A stretch of DNA of 64,000 nucleotides from Antedon mediterranea. Lineage: Eukaryota > Animalia > Echinodermata. Shown here in pieces: positions 51,598-64,000 of the stretch; position 1 is the first letter of the stretch, and each line of letters starts with the position of its first letter. The stretch lies in assembly GCF_964355755.1 (NCBI RefSeq), contig NC_092677.1:26709175-26773174 (forward strand). The letters are read 5' to 3'. The notes under the pieces were generated by a model. The model was not told the origin of the DNA. It ran no database searches and saw nothing but the letters and a program-made list of their open reading frames with translations. The position numbers were made by a program, and so were the translations under genes.

Positions 51598-52579
51598 ATG
51601 GTTAGTTTTAATTTTGCTCTAATAATTTACACAATTATCGACATTTTACAAGCTATTTAAGAATAAAAATATCAGTATATGATTTATATAAATATTAATC
51701 TTATTGTAATTCTAAGTTAAATTAGTAAAGAAGGCGTTTTATCTGGAAATATGTAGTGTTTCGCTGTGTGGCTGTGTCGGCCGTTTGTGCCTTTTTGGTC
51801 TATTCCTCACTAGCCTTTTAGGCCTACACTACACAGTGTGTCGCGGAGAGAGCGTTGGTTGTGTGGTAGCATAGCCGGCCATGATGTAGGCCTAGAGAAG
51901 ACACACATAAAGTGTGATCATTCTTAATATTCCATAATGATAGTGATACCATAACATATAATACATTAACAAAAAGTAGTACTAATTTATTAAAAGTAAT
52001 TGAAGTTATATATAATTACCCTGCATTTTTTTTTAGCCACCAAAACAGCAACAGAAGGGAGGAACTTCCAAGAAGTCTGACAAGCCAAAGAGCTCTGGCG
52101 GAAAGGCCAAAAAGAAGGCGAGTGATTTCCCAACGCAATATGATATTTAATTTTCCCTTTTTATCATATTCATAAATAATAATTATATTTTAATGGTTTC
52201 ATTCAACAGAAGTGGTCAAAAGGAAAGGTCAGGGATAAGCTCAACAATCTTGTGCTGTTTGACAAAGCAACTTATGATAAATTCTACAAAGAGGTACCAA
52301 GCTATAAGCTCATCACCCCATCTGTCGTGTCAGAAAGATTGAAGATCAGGGGATCCCTAGCAAGGAAAGCTCTTGAGGAAATGCTCAGAAAAGGTATGCA
52401 ATAATTCACCCATGTTTCACAACCTATTAAATTTTAAATGTCATATTTAATTCTCGTAAAATATGCGTTTACTATATGTCGGTTTGTTTTGTTTTTATTT
52501 AGGGCTGATCAAGGAAGTAGTGAGACATCACTCGCAAGTTATTTACACAAGAAACACAAAAGCTGCCGATGAAGCATAA
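51598..52579 (+). CDS. RPS25: 40S ribosomal protein S25 (eS25), 114 aa
   Basis: Exons 51598-51600 (ATG|GTTAGT), 52037-52117, 52210-52393, 52503-52579. Protein [10 protein letters not shown]...[99 protein letters not shown] at ~52696. Missing from the ORF track. Confidence 0.97.
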
Positions 52580-52970
52580 TGAAATCATCCTGCTATGGCG
52601 CCCTCTCCAGATTTAACACAATGCTCAACGATTATAACTGGCATGCAATGCGATCTAAACTCAATGTCATGTGAAATATGTTTGGAATTGTTGTAAATAA
52701 ACAAGCACAGTGATACGTAAAAACATTGAATGTCTTTATTTTGTTGTGTACTTATTGCTAATACAATTAGTCAACTGTCTGAAATAGTCGAAATAAAACA
52801 ACATGCTCTACCTTCTTTTAAACATATTGTATATAATATTGTACATCTTAAATGCATTCAAGGTGGGACAAAATATAACTTACTCTGGTAAGAGAACCTT
52901 TATTTTAACGACCCAAATACAACAGTGTTGGAAAAATGGAATAAAATGAGGTCTAGTAATAAACGTAACA

Positions 52971-53783
52971 TGGTGACCAGGGTGTACATGTTGATGACGT
53001 CAAGTAGTACACGTATCTGGTGACCAGAGTGTACATGTCGATGACGTCAAGTAGTACACGTATCTGGTGACCAGGGTGTACATGTCGATGACGTCAAGTA
53101 GTACACGTATCTGGTGACCAGGGTGTACATTTCGATGACGTCAAGTAGTACACGTATCTGGTGACAAGGGTGTACATGTCGATGACGTCAAGTAGTACAC
53201 GCATCTGGTGACCAGGGTGTACATGTCGATGACGTCAAGTAGTACACGCATCTGGTGACCAGGGTGTACATGTCGATGACGTCAAGTAGTACACGCATCT
53301 GGTGACCAGGGTGTACATGTCGATGACGTCAAGTAGTACACGCATCTGGTGACCAGAGTGTACATGTCGATGACGTCAACTAGTAAAGGTATCTGGTGAC
53401 CAGAGTGTACATGTCGATGACGTCAACCAGTAAACGTATCTGGTGACCAAGGTGCACGTCGATTACGTCAAGTAGTAAACATATCGGTTCACCAGAGTCT
53501 ATGTCGATGAAGTCAACCAGTACACGTATCTGGTGATCAGAGTGCATGTCGATGACGTCAAGTAGGCCTAGTGCACGTATCTGTTGACCAGAGTGTACGT
53601 CGATGACGTCAAATAATAAACGTATCTGAGGACCAGGTTGTACATGTCGATGACGTAAAGTAGTAAACGTATCTGGTGACCAGGTGTACATGTCGATGAC
53701 GTCAAGTAGTACACATATCTGGTGACCAGGGTGAACGTCAATGACGTCAAATAGTAAACGTATCTGGTGACCAGGGTGCACGT
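52971..53783. repeat. 47-bp tandem repeat, ~17 copies, nearly all with TGACGTCA
   Basis: CTGGTGACCAGGGTGTACATGTCGATGACGTCAAGTAGTACACGTAT at 53017, 53064 and onward. Homogeneous on the left, diverged on the right. Confidence 0.96.
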
Positions 53784-54195
53784 GTTGGGAAGAGTGATGG
53801 TGGTGGCGGTTTGATTTCACTCTCCTCTCCAACTTGCACTACCATTGCCATTCCTCTCTGGATAAAAGAAGAAAATGGTACAACGTATATTTAATCTTCA
53901 ATTGATATATTTAAATTATTATTATTTTTTTAATTATTATTTTATTTTCTGTATTTCATAAAACCGTATACATTACTCATCTTGGTTACAATACAAAGTA
54001 ATACAAAATAATAATAAAGTAACCTTTTCAAGTTACAAAACAGATTTCATTAAAAAAAAAAAAAGAATGATGCGAAATAAAAGTCTAACTATTTTAAATT
54101 TTCAATTTCTTTATATTAAGTTATTAATTGCATGATTATTTTTATAATTTTCAATACCAATAAATATCCTTTCTTTATCTAAAATCATTTTTCTT

Positions 54196-54365
54196 TTAAA
54201 CTGTTATTTTCCTCCACATGATATCAATTACTTTGCATTCCACGAACATGTGTATTAAAGTTTGTTCTTTTTCTAAACAAAATTCACAACTTGGTGATTC
54301 AACAATTGATATCTTATGTGGAAAAGAGTTAGTATAAATGATACGGTGAATAAATTTATTTCTTT
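54196..54365 (-). pseudogene. C-terminal fragment of an L1/Tx1-type LINE ORF2 (zf-RVT-like)
   Basis: KFIHRIIYTNSF...SPSCEFCLEKEQTLIHMFVECKVIDIMW matches the Cx2C..E...H.F..C...W pattern at the end of L1/Tx1 ORF2. Confidence 0.7.
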
Positions 54366-54394
54366 TTTTCTTTCTTTCTTTTTTGTTTATACAC

Positions 54395-54640
54395 GTCTTA
54401 ACACATTGTTTAGTATATATTTTTAAGTAGTTTTTATCAGCTACTGCTTTTACGCATTTTTTCGAGAGCTTTTCCAACTTTAGTAAGTCCTTGATTGACA
54501 CCGAAGTGTTTAGGTGGTGTCGTGAATAATGTTGCCGGACTTGTATATGTTTGCAAACATGTTTCTTTGTTACGCCGAACAGCTGAATATAAACTACTTT
54601 AAAAATTGCAAAACGTTCGGCGTTTTTCAAAAATGTATAA
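54395..54640 (-). pseudogene. Possible retroelement N-terminal fragment (Penelope-like, tentative)
   Basis: LLKLEKLSKKCVKAVADKNYLKIY resembles basic N-terminal regions of Penelope-like ORFs. Recognition by eye only. Confidence 0.3.
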
Positions 54641-55141
54641 CATTTATTTTAGTTAAGATCATGGGACTGCTGGCTCCTGTAATCTTTTTAACTTTAGCTG
54701 TTCCTGACCAATTCTTCTCTGTATATTTTATGGGTCTTTTTTTGTCAAATACATGCAATGAAAAGAAAGTGACTACTAATCTGATCATGAAACATCCAGT
54801 AGCCTAAATTCAAGGTTCGTATAACAGCCATATGCTGGTACATTCACAGTATCTTTTACGACAGCGAACTCAGCCGAAATGTGGCTCAGATAATCTATGA
54901 TAAAAATTAAGGCTTAATTTTTAAACAAGGCGTACATCATCAACCCTTCGTTCGGAACGCCCCTATTAATTTGTTACAGACAAATACCCATAGAGAGAGA
55001 ATAGTGTAAAATAGGCCTATATAATATTAAAATGTATTAAGGCAACATTTTTCAGAGGAAAAATATATGTTTTAACATTGCAGCTCAGTCAACCCCTATT
55101 CAGGGACACCCATAATAGTTAAAAATATTTAGAACTTTGGT

Positions 55142-55290
55142 ACACTATTCGCATAGAGTAAGTGATTGTCTCCCGGTGTCCTGATCTGGTAGGCGCGGCG
55201 CCGCACTGCTGGCTGCCGTGGGTCTGTATAGGGGCTAATCCTAATTTCCTCCTAAGCTAGAGGACAAATATAAATTATACCTTTACCTTT
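55142..55290 (+). mobile_element. SINE 3' fragment, same family as 37515-37722
   Basis: GCACTGCTGGCTGCCGTGGGTCTGTATAGGGGCTAATCC ... TACCTTTACCTTT tail. Confidence 0.6.
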
Positions 55291-58200
55291 ATCAGAATTA
55301 AGGTAAAGAATACCACCGGTATAAAAACATTAGAGAGTTTTGGAAAACTCACGCATGCGCATACGTATCTGCGTACGGATGTTCTCGCAAAAATGCATAT
55401 TATTATAGTCATTTACATGCCAGTCACATATTGTTTTAAAGTATGTAGAAATTGACTTTTCAACATTAAAATTATTCAGATACTGGTAGGAAATAAAACA
55501 AAAACAATCGCAGCTAAAGAAAATTCAAACATCAGTAACAGTATTTTGCTGACGGAAACATACCATTGAGTCAGATATTGTTTTACAGTAATTTGTAAAT
55601 TGAATATTCAACATTATTATTATTCAGATACTGGTATAGGAAACAAGAAACAAAGACCATTAAGTTGATAGCCTGTATATTAATTTCATTCCCGCCAATA
55701 CCATTAAGGTGATAGTCTGCATATTAATCTCATACCCGCCATTACCTAGCTCATCGCCGTTTTCTAGTTTGACATCCTTCACTGCAAGAACTCTTAAATG
55801 AATGACCATGTAGGTGCATCGAGTGACTCACATTATCATTATTTAGAATAATAAAATCAACCACCTGTCGCAAAGAATTTTAAAAAAACTCTTAAAGTTC
55901 GTTAGTGCACAAATTGTATGAACGTCACTGCTCTGGTAGTGATTATGCCCAAATATGGTAGTGATGTGACATCATCGTGTCCATATATGGGCACAGCAAG
56001 TTTGATTTTTTTTTGTCTTGTGTGAGTTCATCTCACGTTTATTTAAATTCTCATTGGTGAATAATATTATATACATAAGTACATTTGTGACAATTAAAAG
56101 TAAGTGTTTAAAGTAGTTAAAATACAGGTATATTTACATAATAAGATGCTTGAATTCAGTATTAACCATATTTGTTTTCATTAAAATTTTAGATACAACA
56201 AGTTTGATAGTGTAGTTTTAGTCACGCTTAAAAAAACCCGCAATCAATAACTTAATTTTATCAAAATTCGTTAGCGACGCTAAAAACTAGAGTTGACGCA
56301 ATTACCTGGTCGATTTTTACTTTCATAAAACTATTACTGTTGCATGTTTGCACACGGCGGCCGGGACCATAAAACGGTGCAGTTGGACTAGTGAAACGAT
56401 GTTATTTATCTGATAACTGTTGATTTTAGCATCGGGGTATATTCTTCCGTCTTTGGATACGATATCGGTTAAACGAGATGTTAATACGACGATGCATTTG
56501 TCGTCGGCTATGTGCATACGGCTATCCAGAGGATCTGTACATAAAAAGTATAAATACCAAATCATCAAACCCATCAACAACTGCTCTCTTTATTTATTGT
56601 TTTAGCATTCTACTGTGTATTTATTGTCAGTCCGAGTCCGTATCACGTATTTCTAACTCAGCTGAACGCCATAAGACGACATACGCGCCGAGTATATAGC
56701 CGAATAGGGGGAAACTGCGGACCTTAGGGCTCAGCTGTCTGAGCTTATGTACAGGATAAAGTTGCTGTCAATGGTGTTTTTGTCATCCCCAATATGTACT
56801 GCTGCCATTAAAAAAAGATTCAACCTTGTATCGCTTCACATGAATAAACCCATTTGGGCGTGGCCCTAAAATTTTGCTGTTTGGCGCCCCGTACAGGATA
56901 AAGTTGCTGTCATTGGTGATGTAATCATTAGTAGCCCACTGCGAATGATATCCAAAAAAGTTTATCCTTGTATCGCTTCACATGAAAATAAATGCATTTT
57001 TCCACCCCTATGTTATGATCCCCACAGGCCCCATGTACAGGCTGTGACCCGGCAGCAATGTCGAATATTGCATCTCGCCCTAATACGCACCTAACTACAT
57101 CATCAAACCTTTTGTATCTTTTCACATGAATAAATCTTCCGGCCGCCCGGTCTATAGCTTACCCGTGTAAAACACGATACATGTACGATTAGCACTATTC
57201 TATATTTATACATTTTCAACGCTACTGGTAGAATAAATGTACAGTGTGTGTACTATCTATTTGGAAATGGCTGACTGATCGATTGCCGCCTATTTGTAAA
57301 CTTTTACCTACTTTAATTTCCATAACTTTATTTACTTTAATTAGCCTATGGTTATCAAACAACACAAATTGAATATATAAGACAAATACTGGTAGGCTGC
57401 CCATGACGACTGCTGGCAGATGTAATCAACTTTGCAAATCTTCTGTAATCTTTTCCATACTTCCTCTTCTTATACAAATGATTTATTCATTTTTCTTTAT
57501 TTAAGCTCGCCCACCTCAAGATGTTTGCATCCGCCTTCATTCTCTGACTTATTATCATATTATTTTCATTGTATTTGCCCTTACATTTTTGTCAGAGTTT
57601 GTACATATTGTTATGAAAAAAAAATTATACAATGTCTATCATAAACATACATATAACAGCAGTAATGTTGAAGTAGAATTTAACTTTCGGCAAATCAAAA
57701 TGACAGGATACGGCACAATGCAAACGTCAATTCACGCATGCTCCCATCGTCCAAATCCCTGTATTTTTCAGGAGCAATCTTGATGTTTTGAGACGACGAC
57801 GAATGTGTATATAGTTTAGCGCTCAAATAAGATATACGCATGTGCAGTCTACAAGTATGTGGGCCTTAGTTCAACTTCAAAGTTTGTATTAATAAATATC
57901 ATTAAATATAAAAAACTATAGCAGCAGTAGAGTGCGAATTAGTAAGGAGAGTAATTGCCAAACTAATTCCGTTGCGGTTTTGTTATAGACATGCCAATCC
58001 ACAGTAATTAATAAGAAAATTATAAATACCAGGAGGTAGCATCAAATCACATGAATGTAAGAAAACCATTGGCTTAATAGTGTCACGTGATTATAGAATA
58101 GAATGTCAAATATTTTTTCTATGATGTTAATTTTACGAATGTGTTCCATTAACACATGTTGATCTTATTCCATTAGCAAATGTATTCGTGCCAATTGAGT

Positions 58201-58345
58201 AAGATAATGCATGTAGTACTCTGTTTTTACAACATTTGCTAACAACCGCCATTTCAAACCGATTTTATTTACATTTCATTCGAATGTAAAAATAATTACA
58301 ATGTATAAATTAAAACATTTATATAGACTGTAAGCATTTTATTTC

Positions 58346-60594
58346 GACAGCCTGCAAGAAGAATGTTCCAAATGGATCTGACGTCAGTAATACTCAAAGG
58401 ACAGTCTGCAAGAAGAATGTTCCAAATGGATCTGACGTCAGTAATACTCAAAGGACAGTCTGCAAGAAGAATGTTCCAAATGGATCTGACGTCAGTAATA
58501 CTCAAAGGACAGCCTGCAAGAAGAATGTTCCAAATGGATCTGACGTCAGTAATATTCAAAGGACAGCCTGCAAGAAGAATGTTCCAAATGGATCTGACGT
58601 CAGTAATACTCAAAGGACAGCCTGCAAGAAGAATGTTCCAAATGAATCTGACGTCAGTAATACTCAAAGGACAGCCTGCAAGAAGAATGTTCCAAATGGA
58701 TCTGACGTCAGTAATACTCAAAGGACAGTCTGCAAGAAGAATGTTCCAAATGGATCTGACGTCAGTAATACTCAAAGGACAGCCTGCAAGAAGAATGTTC
58801 CAAATGGATCTGACGTCAGTAATACTCAAAGGACAGCCTGCAAGAAAAATGTTCCAAATGGATCTGACGTCAGTAATACTCAAAGGACAGCCTGCAAGAA
58901 GAATGTTCTAAATGGATCTGACGTCAGTAATACTCAAAGGACAGTCTGCAAGAAGAATGTTCCAAATGGATCTGACGTCAGTAATACTCAAAGGACAGTC
59001 TGCAAGAAGAATGTTCCAAATGGATCTGACGTCAGTAATACTCAAAGGACAGCCTGCAAGAAGAATGTTCCAAATGGATCTGACGTCAGTAATACTCAAA
59101 GGACAGCCTGCAAGAAGAATGTTCTAAATGGATATGACGTCAGTAATACTCAAAGGACAGCCTGCAAGAAGAATGTTCAAAATGGACCTGACGTCAGTAA
59201 TACTCAAAGGACAGTCTGCAAGAAGAATGTTCCAAATGGATCTGACGTCAGTAATACTCAAAGGACAGTCTGCAAGAAGAATGTTCCAAATGGATCTGAC
59301 GTCAGTAATACTCAAAGGACAGCCTGCAAGAAGAATGTTTCAAATGGATCTGACGTCAGTAATACTCAAAGGACAGCCTGCAAGAAGAATGTTCCAAATG
59401 GATCTGACGTCAGTAATACTCAAAGGACAGTCTGCAAGAAAAATGTTCCAAATGGATCTGACGTCAGTAATATTCAAAGGACAGCCTGCAAGAAGAATGT
59501 TCCAAATGGATCTGACGTCAGTAATACTCAAAGGACAGTCTGCAAGAAGAATGTTCCAAATGGATCTGACGTCAGTAATACTCAAAGGAGAGCCTGCAAG
59601 AAGAATGTTCCAAATGGATCTGACGTCAGTAATACTCAAAGGACAGCCTGCAAGAAGAATGTTCCAAATGGATCTGACGTCAGTAATACTCAAAGGACAG
59701 TCTGCAAGAAGAATGTTCCAAATGGATCTGACGTCAGTAATACTCAAAGGACAGTCTGCAAGAAGAATGTTCCAAATGGATCTGACGTCAGTAATACTCA
59801 AAGGACAGCCTGCAAGAAGAATGTTCCAAATGGATCTGACGTCAGTAATACTCAAAGGACAGTCTGCAAGAAGAATGTTCCAAATGGATCTGACGTCAGT
59901 AATACTCAAAGGACAGTCTGCAAGAAGAATGTTCCAAATGGATCTGACGTCAGTAATACTCAAAGGACAGCCTGCAAGAAGAATGTTCCAAATGGATCTG
60001 ACGTCAGTAATACTCAAAGGACAGTCTGCAAGAAGAATGTTCCAAATGGATCTGACGTCAGTAATACTCAAAAGACAGCCTGAAAGAAGAATGTTCCAAA
60101 TGGATCTGACGTCAGTAATATTCAAAGGACAGTCTGCAAGAAGAATGTTCCAAATGGATCTGACGTCAGTAATACTCAAAGGACAGTCTGCAAGAAGAAT
60201 GTTCCAAATGGATCTGACGTCAGTAATACTCAAAGGACAGCCTGCAAGAAGAATGTTCCAAATGGATCTGACGTCAGTAATACTCAAAGGACAGTCTGCA
60301 AGAAGAATGTTCCAAATGGATCTGACGTCAGTAATACTCAAAAGACAGCCTGAAAGAAGAATGTTCCAAATGGATCTGACGTCAGTAATATTCAAAGGAC
60401 AGTCTGCAAGAAGAATGTTCCAAATGGATCTGACGTCAGTAATACTCAAAGGACAGCCTGCAAGAAGAATGTTCCAAATGGATCTGACGTCAGTAATACT
60501 CAAAGGACAGCCTGCAAGAAGAATGTTCCAAATGGATCTGACGTCAGTAATATTCAAAGGACAGCCTGCAAGAAGAATGTTCCAAATGGATCTG
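58346..60594. repeat. Highly homogeneous 54-bp tandem repeat, ~41 copies, each with TGACGTCA
   Basis: GACAGYCTGCAAGAAGAATGTTCCAAATGGATCTGACGTCAGTAATACTCAAAG. No indels seen. Explains the ORFs from 58296 to 60635. Confidence 0.98.
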
Positions 60595-60981
60595 AAAAAG
60601 TGGTACGATAATAATTTATAAATACTGTATAACAAGACATATTAAAGTTTAAACATTTTGAAAATATCCATTTTTTTAAATTTATTTTCATTATAGTATA
60701 ACTAATATTATACGATAAAAATGTGCTTATTTAAAGATGTATTGACCCCCAAAAACATGAAAAATTCAAATTAATTTTTAAAAAAAGACTTAAATTGGCG
60801 ATTTCGTAGTTTCAATAAAGGTATTAAAAAAACCATAAAAAATAATGTTTATACTTATAAAAAGACAAAATAGGCGGTTAAATTCAACCAAAAAAAACCA
60901 CTGACTATTTTTTGCTTTAGTTTTTAGGTCAATAATTTGTTTTTACCCAATTTTTGGTCAAAACACTAGACAACGTTACTT
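60593..60981 (+). repeat. Local duplication of 63387-64000 (unique flank plus a truncated Kolobok-like MITE)
   Basis: Shared GTACGATAATA...ATAAATACTGTATAACAA, CTAATATTATACGATAAAAATGTGCTTATTTAAAGATGTA, GGTCAAAACAC and GACAACGTTACTT, all in the same order. Confidence 0.88.
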
Positions 60982-61103
60982 CAATTTTATCGATAAACTT
61001 GGACAAAACCGCAATATAAATATTTCACTAATTGTTAAAACTCATCGATCGACGACTTTATAGGTTTAATCCAAAGCTTGGGATGCAAAGAAAAGAAAGG
61101 ATT

Positions 61104-62146
61104 TGTCCTGGGACCATCCTGTTTCTCATTTTCATAAATGATATTTCGCAGTCTATAGTAAATGGAACTTGCAGCGTTTTTGCTGATGATGTTGTGGTTT
61201 ACACCTCAGGTGATACTGCTAAGATAGTAAATGATTCATTAAAAATAATTATTGATAACATTGGTAAATGGTATGATGACAACCACCTCTCTATAAATAC
61301 TGAAACAACAAAGGTTATGTTACTAAGAAACAATCATACAGCTGACAGTAATGATTTAAATATACAAATTGGAACCAGTAAATTAGAACAAGTTGATAGT
61401 ATAAGGTATCTGGGAGTCGTAATCGATGTTAACTTGGAAACAAAATACTCAATGTATTAGTAAAAATATTGGATATAAAATAACAATGCTAGGTAAAATG
61501 GCTAGTAGTTTAAGTAAACCGTTACTAGAAACTCTATATATAAGTACAATTCAGCCTTGTAGTGATTATGCTATAACAGTCTGGGGAAATACGACAGAGT
61601 TAAACAAAAATATTTTAAAGCGACATCAAAAAAGAGCTGCTCGAATTGTAACTAACAACTTCGATTATATTAATGTAAGGGGTGACAACATCATCCAGAA
61701 CCTATCGTGGCAAACTCTTGAAGAGAAACGAGATTTCTCCCTAGCATGTCTAATGTATAAATGTGTTTACGGCCTTGCACCAATTAGATTAGTAAATGAA
61801 ATTGAATTGATTCGCGATATTCACACCCACTTAACACGTGGAGTAGAAAATTTGAATGTAACAATACCTAAATACACCCTTAGTAAAATGAATTCGTCCT
61901 TTAAAGTTGCAGCCGCAAAAATATGGAACAGTTTACCGATTAATATTAAATCGGCACCAACAATTACGTCCTTTAAGGCTAGATACAAATCTCATTTCTT
62001 TTCATAAAAACTGTATTACATTTAATTAAGTTACTCTTTTGTATATTTTGATTAAGACAGGACCACAATGTAAAACAGATACACTGTTATCTGATTGTTT
62101 TATCCTGTATAAATATATTATTTATTATTATTATTATTATTATTAT
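61104..62146 (+). mobile_element. 5'-truncated, frameshifted LINE (CR1/L2 group): reverse-transcriptase remnant with a (TAT)n tail
   Basis: LFLIFINDI, VFADD, INTETTKVM, RYLGVVID, a frameshift near 61430, then PCSDYAITVWG, QKRAARIV, LMYKCVYGLAP, SFKVAAAKIWNSLP, SFK; stop at 62007. Short 3'UTR and TAT microsatellite tail at ~62113-62146. Confidence 0.92.
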
Positions 62147-63506
62147 CACTCTCTTATACTTTGTTCTTGTTTCTTTATAATATATCGTGTTGAATATTAT
62201 AACGTATTATTGAATAAACAACTGTGATATTCAATCAACCAAACGAGTAGAGTCTTTAATACAGTAAAACCTCCACACATTATTATATTACACTGTAGTG
62301 GGCTACGTAATCTTCCATGGAAGGAAGGCGAATAATCCTGGATATTGGTTTTTTAATGATTTAACAAACAGCCATTTAGAAGTAAGTATCATTTTGCCTA
62401 TTGTGTGATTCATTTCGTATTCTATAGCAGTAATCTTTATGTTTTATAAAAGACCTCGCCTGGCCTTATGGATGTGTTTTAAATGCACTGTATTCAAAGT
62501 GTAAGCAGGGTAAAGCTTGGTTCCTATTCGGACGCAACGCAAGGACGTCGAAGTCCACCGTATAATTTGACTAATCAAGTCAGAACCAAGATTTAATGAA
62601 AAGTGTTTCTGTTATTAATTTCATATTATATTGTCTTGTATTGTATGGTCTTTTAATAAGTTTCCACTTTATTTTAGCTTTATTATTCGTCGTGTTTCGT
62701 AAAGTCCCTAATAATTATGCTGTTAACAATTTACTACAATTCTTTAAAAGGAACCGATAATACAGTAGTTTGTCATTAGAAATAATTTGTTGTACCCCAC
62801 CCGCAACTAGCTAGACAATATAATGAATTGCCGTAGACCTAATTATAAATGCTATTGCTCTGCTGGTATTGCAATCGCTATCAGTAGTTTGTCAATTTAT
62901 GTTAATTTATTATTATTTGTTATTATTTTAGCATAAATAAATGGTAGTGATCTGCTTGTATTATAACTAAATTATATATATATAGGCCTATAATTATAAA
63001 TTATTGGTTATTAACTGGTTATGTTCTCGGCAAGTGTAGGTCTACTTCAATTAGAGAACGGTTTAAAATGGATGTTATAATACTCCTCCTGAAAGTACTA
63101 TACTTTTCATTAAATTACAGTAAGAAAGTTTAATTTTTTAAAATTAAAATTAAGTTAAAGAATTTAGTTTTACTAAAGATGACTTTCTCTCTATATATAT
63201 AATAGAGTTTCCACAAGTTATTGTCTTGTTTATGTTATTCAAAGAGTCGGCGTTTCGATTTTTGTCTTTTTAAGTATTACATTATGAAATGTCATGGGCA
63301 AAAATATTTCAATTAATAATTATCTTTTTTATTTATTTATTTATAAACATATTTGTCCTGGATAACATTGTCATAATATTTAGACATGAAAAGTTGTACG
63401 ATAATACTTTATAAATACTGTATAACAAAACATTTCAAAAATATACATTTTTTAAAATTTATTTTTATTATAGAATGACTAATATTATACGATAAAAATG
63501 TGCTTA

Positions 63507-63842
63507 TTTAAAGATGTAATGTCCTCAAAAAACATGAAAAAATCAAAATTAATTTTAAAAAAAAGACTTGAATTGGTCATTCCGCAGTTTCAATAAGTTA
63601 ATTAAAAAAAACCATAACATATAATGTTTTTACTTATAAAAAGACAAAATGGACGGTTAAATTCAACCAAAAACCCATTGACTATTTTTGGCTTTAGTTA
63701 CAGTTTTGTTAGGTCAATAATTTTTTTATCCAATTTTTGGTCAACATAAACTATTATGTGACATAAAAATGGCATATTCAACAAAAACATTTAAATTAAT
63801 ATTATTATCATTATTTTTTTCACGGGGACAATATATCTTTAA
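63507..63842. mobile_element. Kolobok-like MITE, complete copy
   Basis: TTAAAGATGTAATGTCCTC ... GGGGACAATATATCTTTAA. Same family as 26259-26588, opposite orientation. Confidence 0.78.
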
Positions 63843-64000
63843 ATAATTTCAAAATAAAGAAATAGACATCACAATTACCATAAGTATTGTTATCTTGCCT
63901 TTTTTTTAAAGATATGTATTCTAGCATAAATTTATTAGGTCAAAACACAGCCTAAGCTTGCACCGATTATTATAATAAGTTCTAAATGACAACGTTACTT

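Noticed and set aside
51750-51930. Possible intronic snoRNA in RPS25 intron 1
   Set aside because: GC-richer segment, but I could not identify convincing C/D boxes with a terminal stem or an H/ACA two-hairpin layout. It needs an Infernal/snoReport scan.
53380-53832. 150-aa minus-strand ORF
   Set aside because: Derived from the diverged half of the 47-bp array.
55320-57200. Patchy short direct repeats and ORFs of 60-85 aa
   Set aside because: Probably decayed TE sequence; no recognisable protein motif or definable termini.
58296-60635. 497-aa and 431-aa repeat ORFs, plus a third mostly open frame (TACKKNVPNGSDVSNTQR)
   Set aside because: The 54-bp unit is a multiple of 3. Each of these frames is hit by point-mutation stops (e.g. 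~58909, ~59125, ~59340, ~60081), and no flanking exons were found.

Overview
AT-rich, intron-containing animal DNA, probably a marine invertebrate deuterostome (inferred from protein similarity and repeat types). I reconstructed four spliced genes by hand, and each keeps frame across all splice junctions: an NWD1/NWD2-like NACHT-WD40 STAND NTPase (+, 18093-28137, 11 coding exons, 1279 aa), TCF25/Rqc1 (+, 31592-37915, 14 exons, 648 aa), HINFP (-, 45663-50636, 9 exons, 457 aa) and RPS25 (+, 51598-52579, 4 exons, 114 aa, one GC-AG intron). HINFP and RPS25 are head-to-head. The rest is transposon debris (Helentron/HINE-like, Kolobok-like, Harbinger-like, Tc1-like, P-like and Crypton-like non-autonomous elements, SINEs, a 5'-truncated CR1/L2-type LINE) and five large tandem arrays. 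The most unusual structure is a ~6.3 kb higher-order satellite (479 bp = 3x89 + 2x106) built from two self-complementary hairpin modules. It fills most of the gap between the convergent 3' ends of TCF25 and HINFP and carries AATAAA on both strands. Two unrelated arrays (47 bp and 54 bp units) carry a perfect CRE (TGACGTCA) in nearly every unit. Most long ORFs in the supplied track are artefacts of tandem repeats. No database searches were possible, so all family assignments rest on motif recognition.
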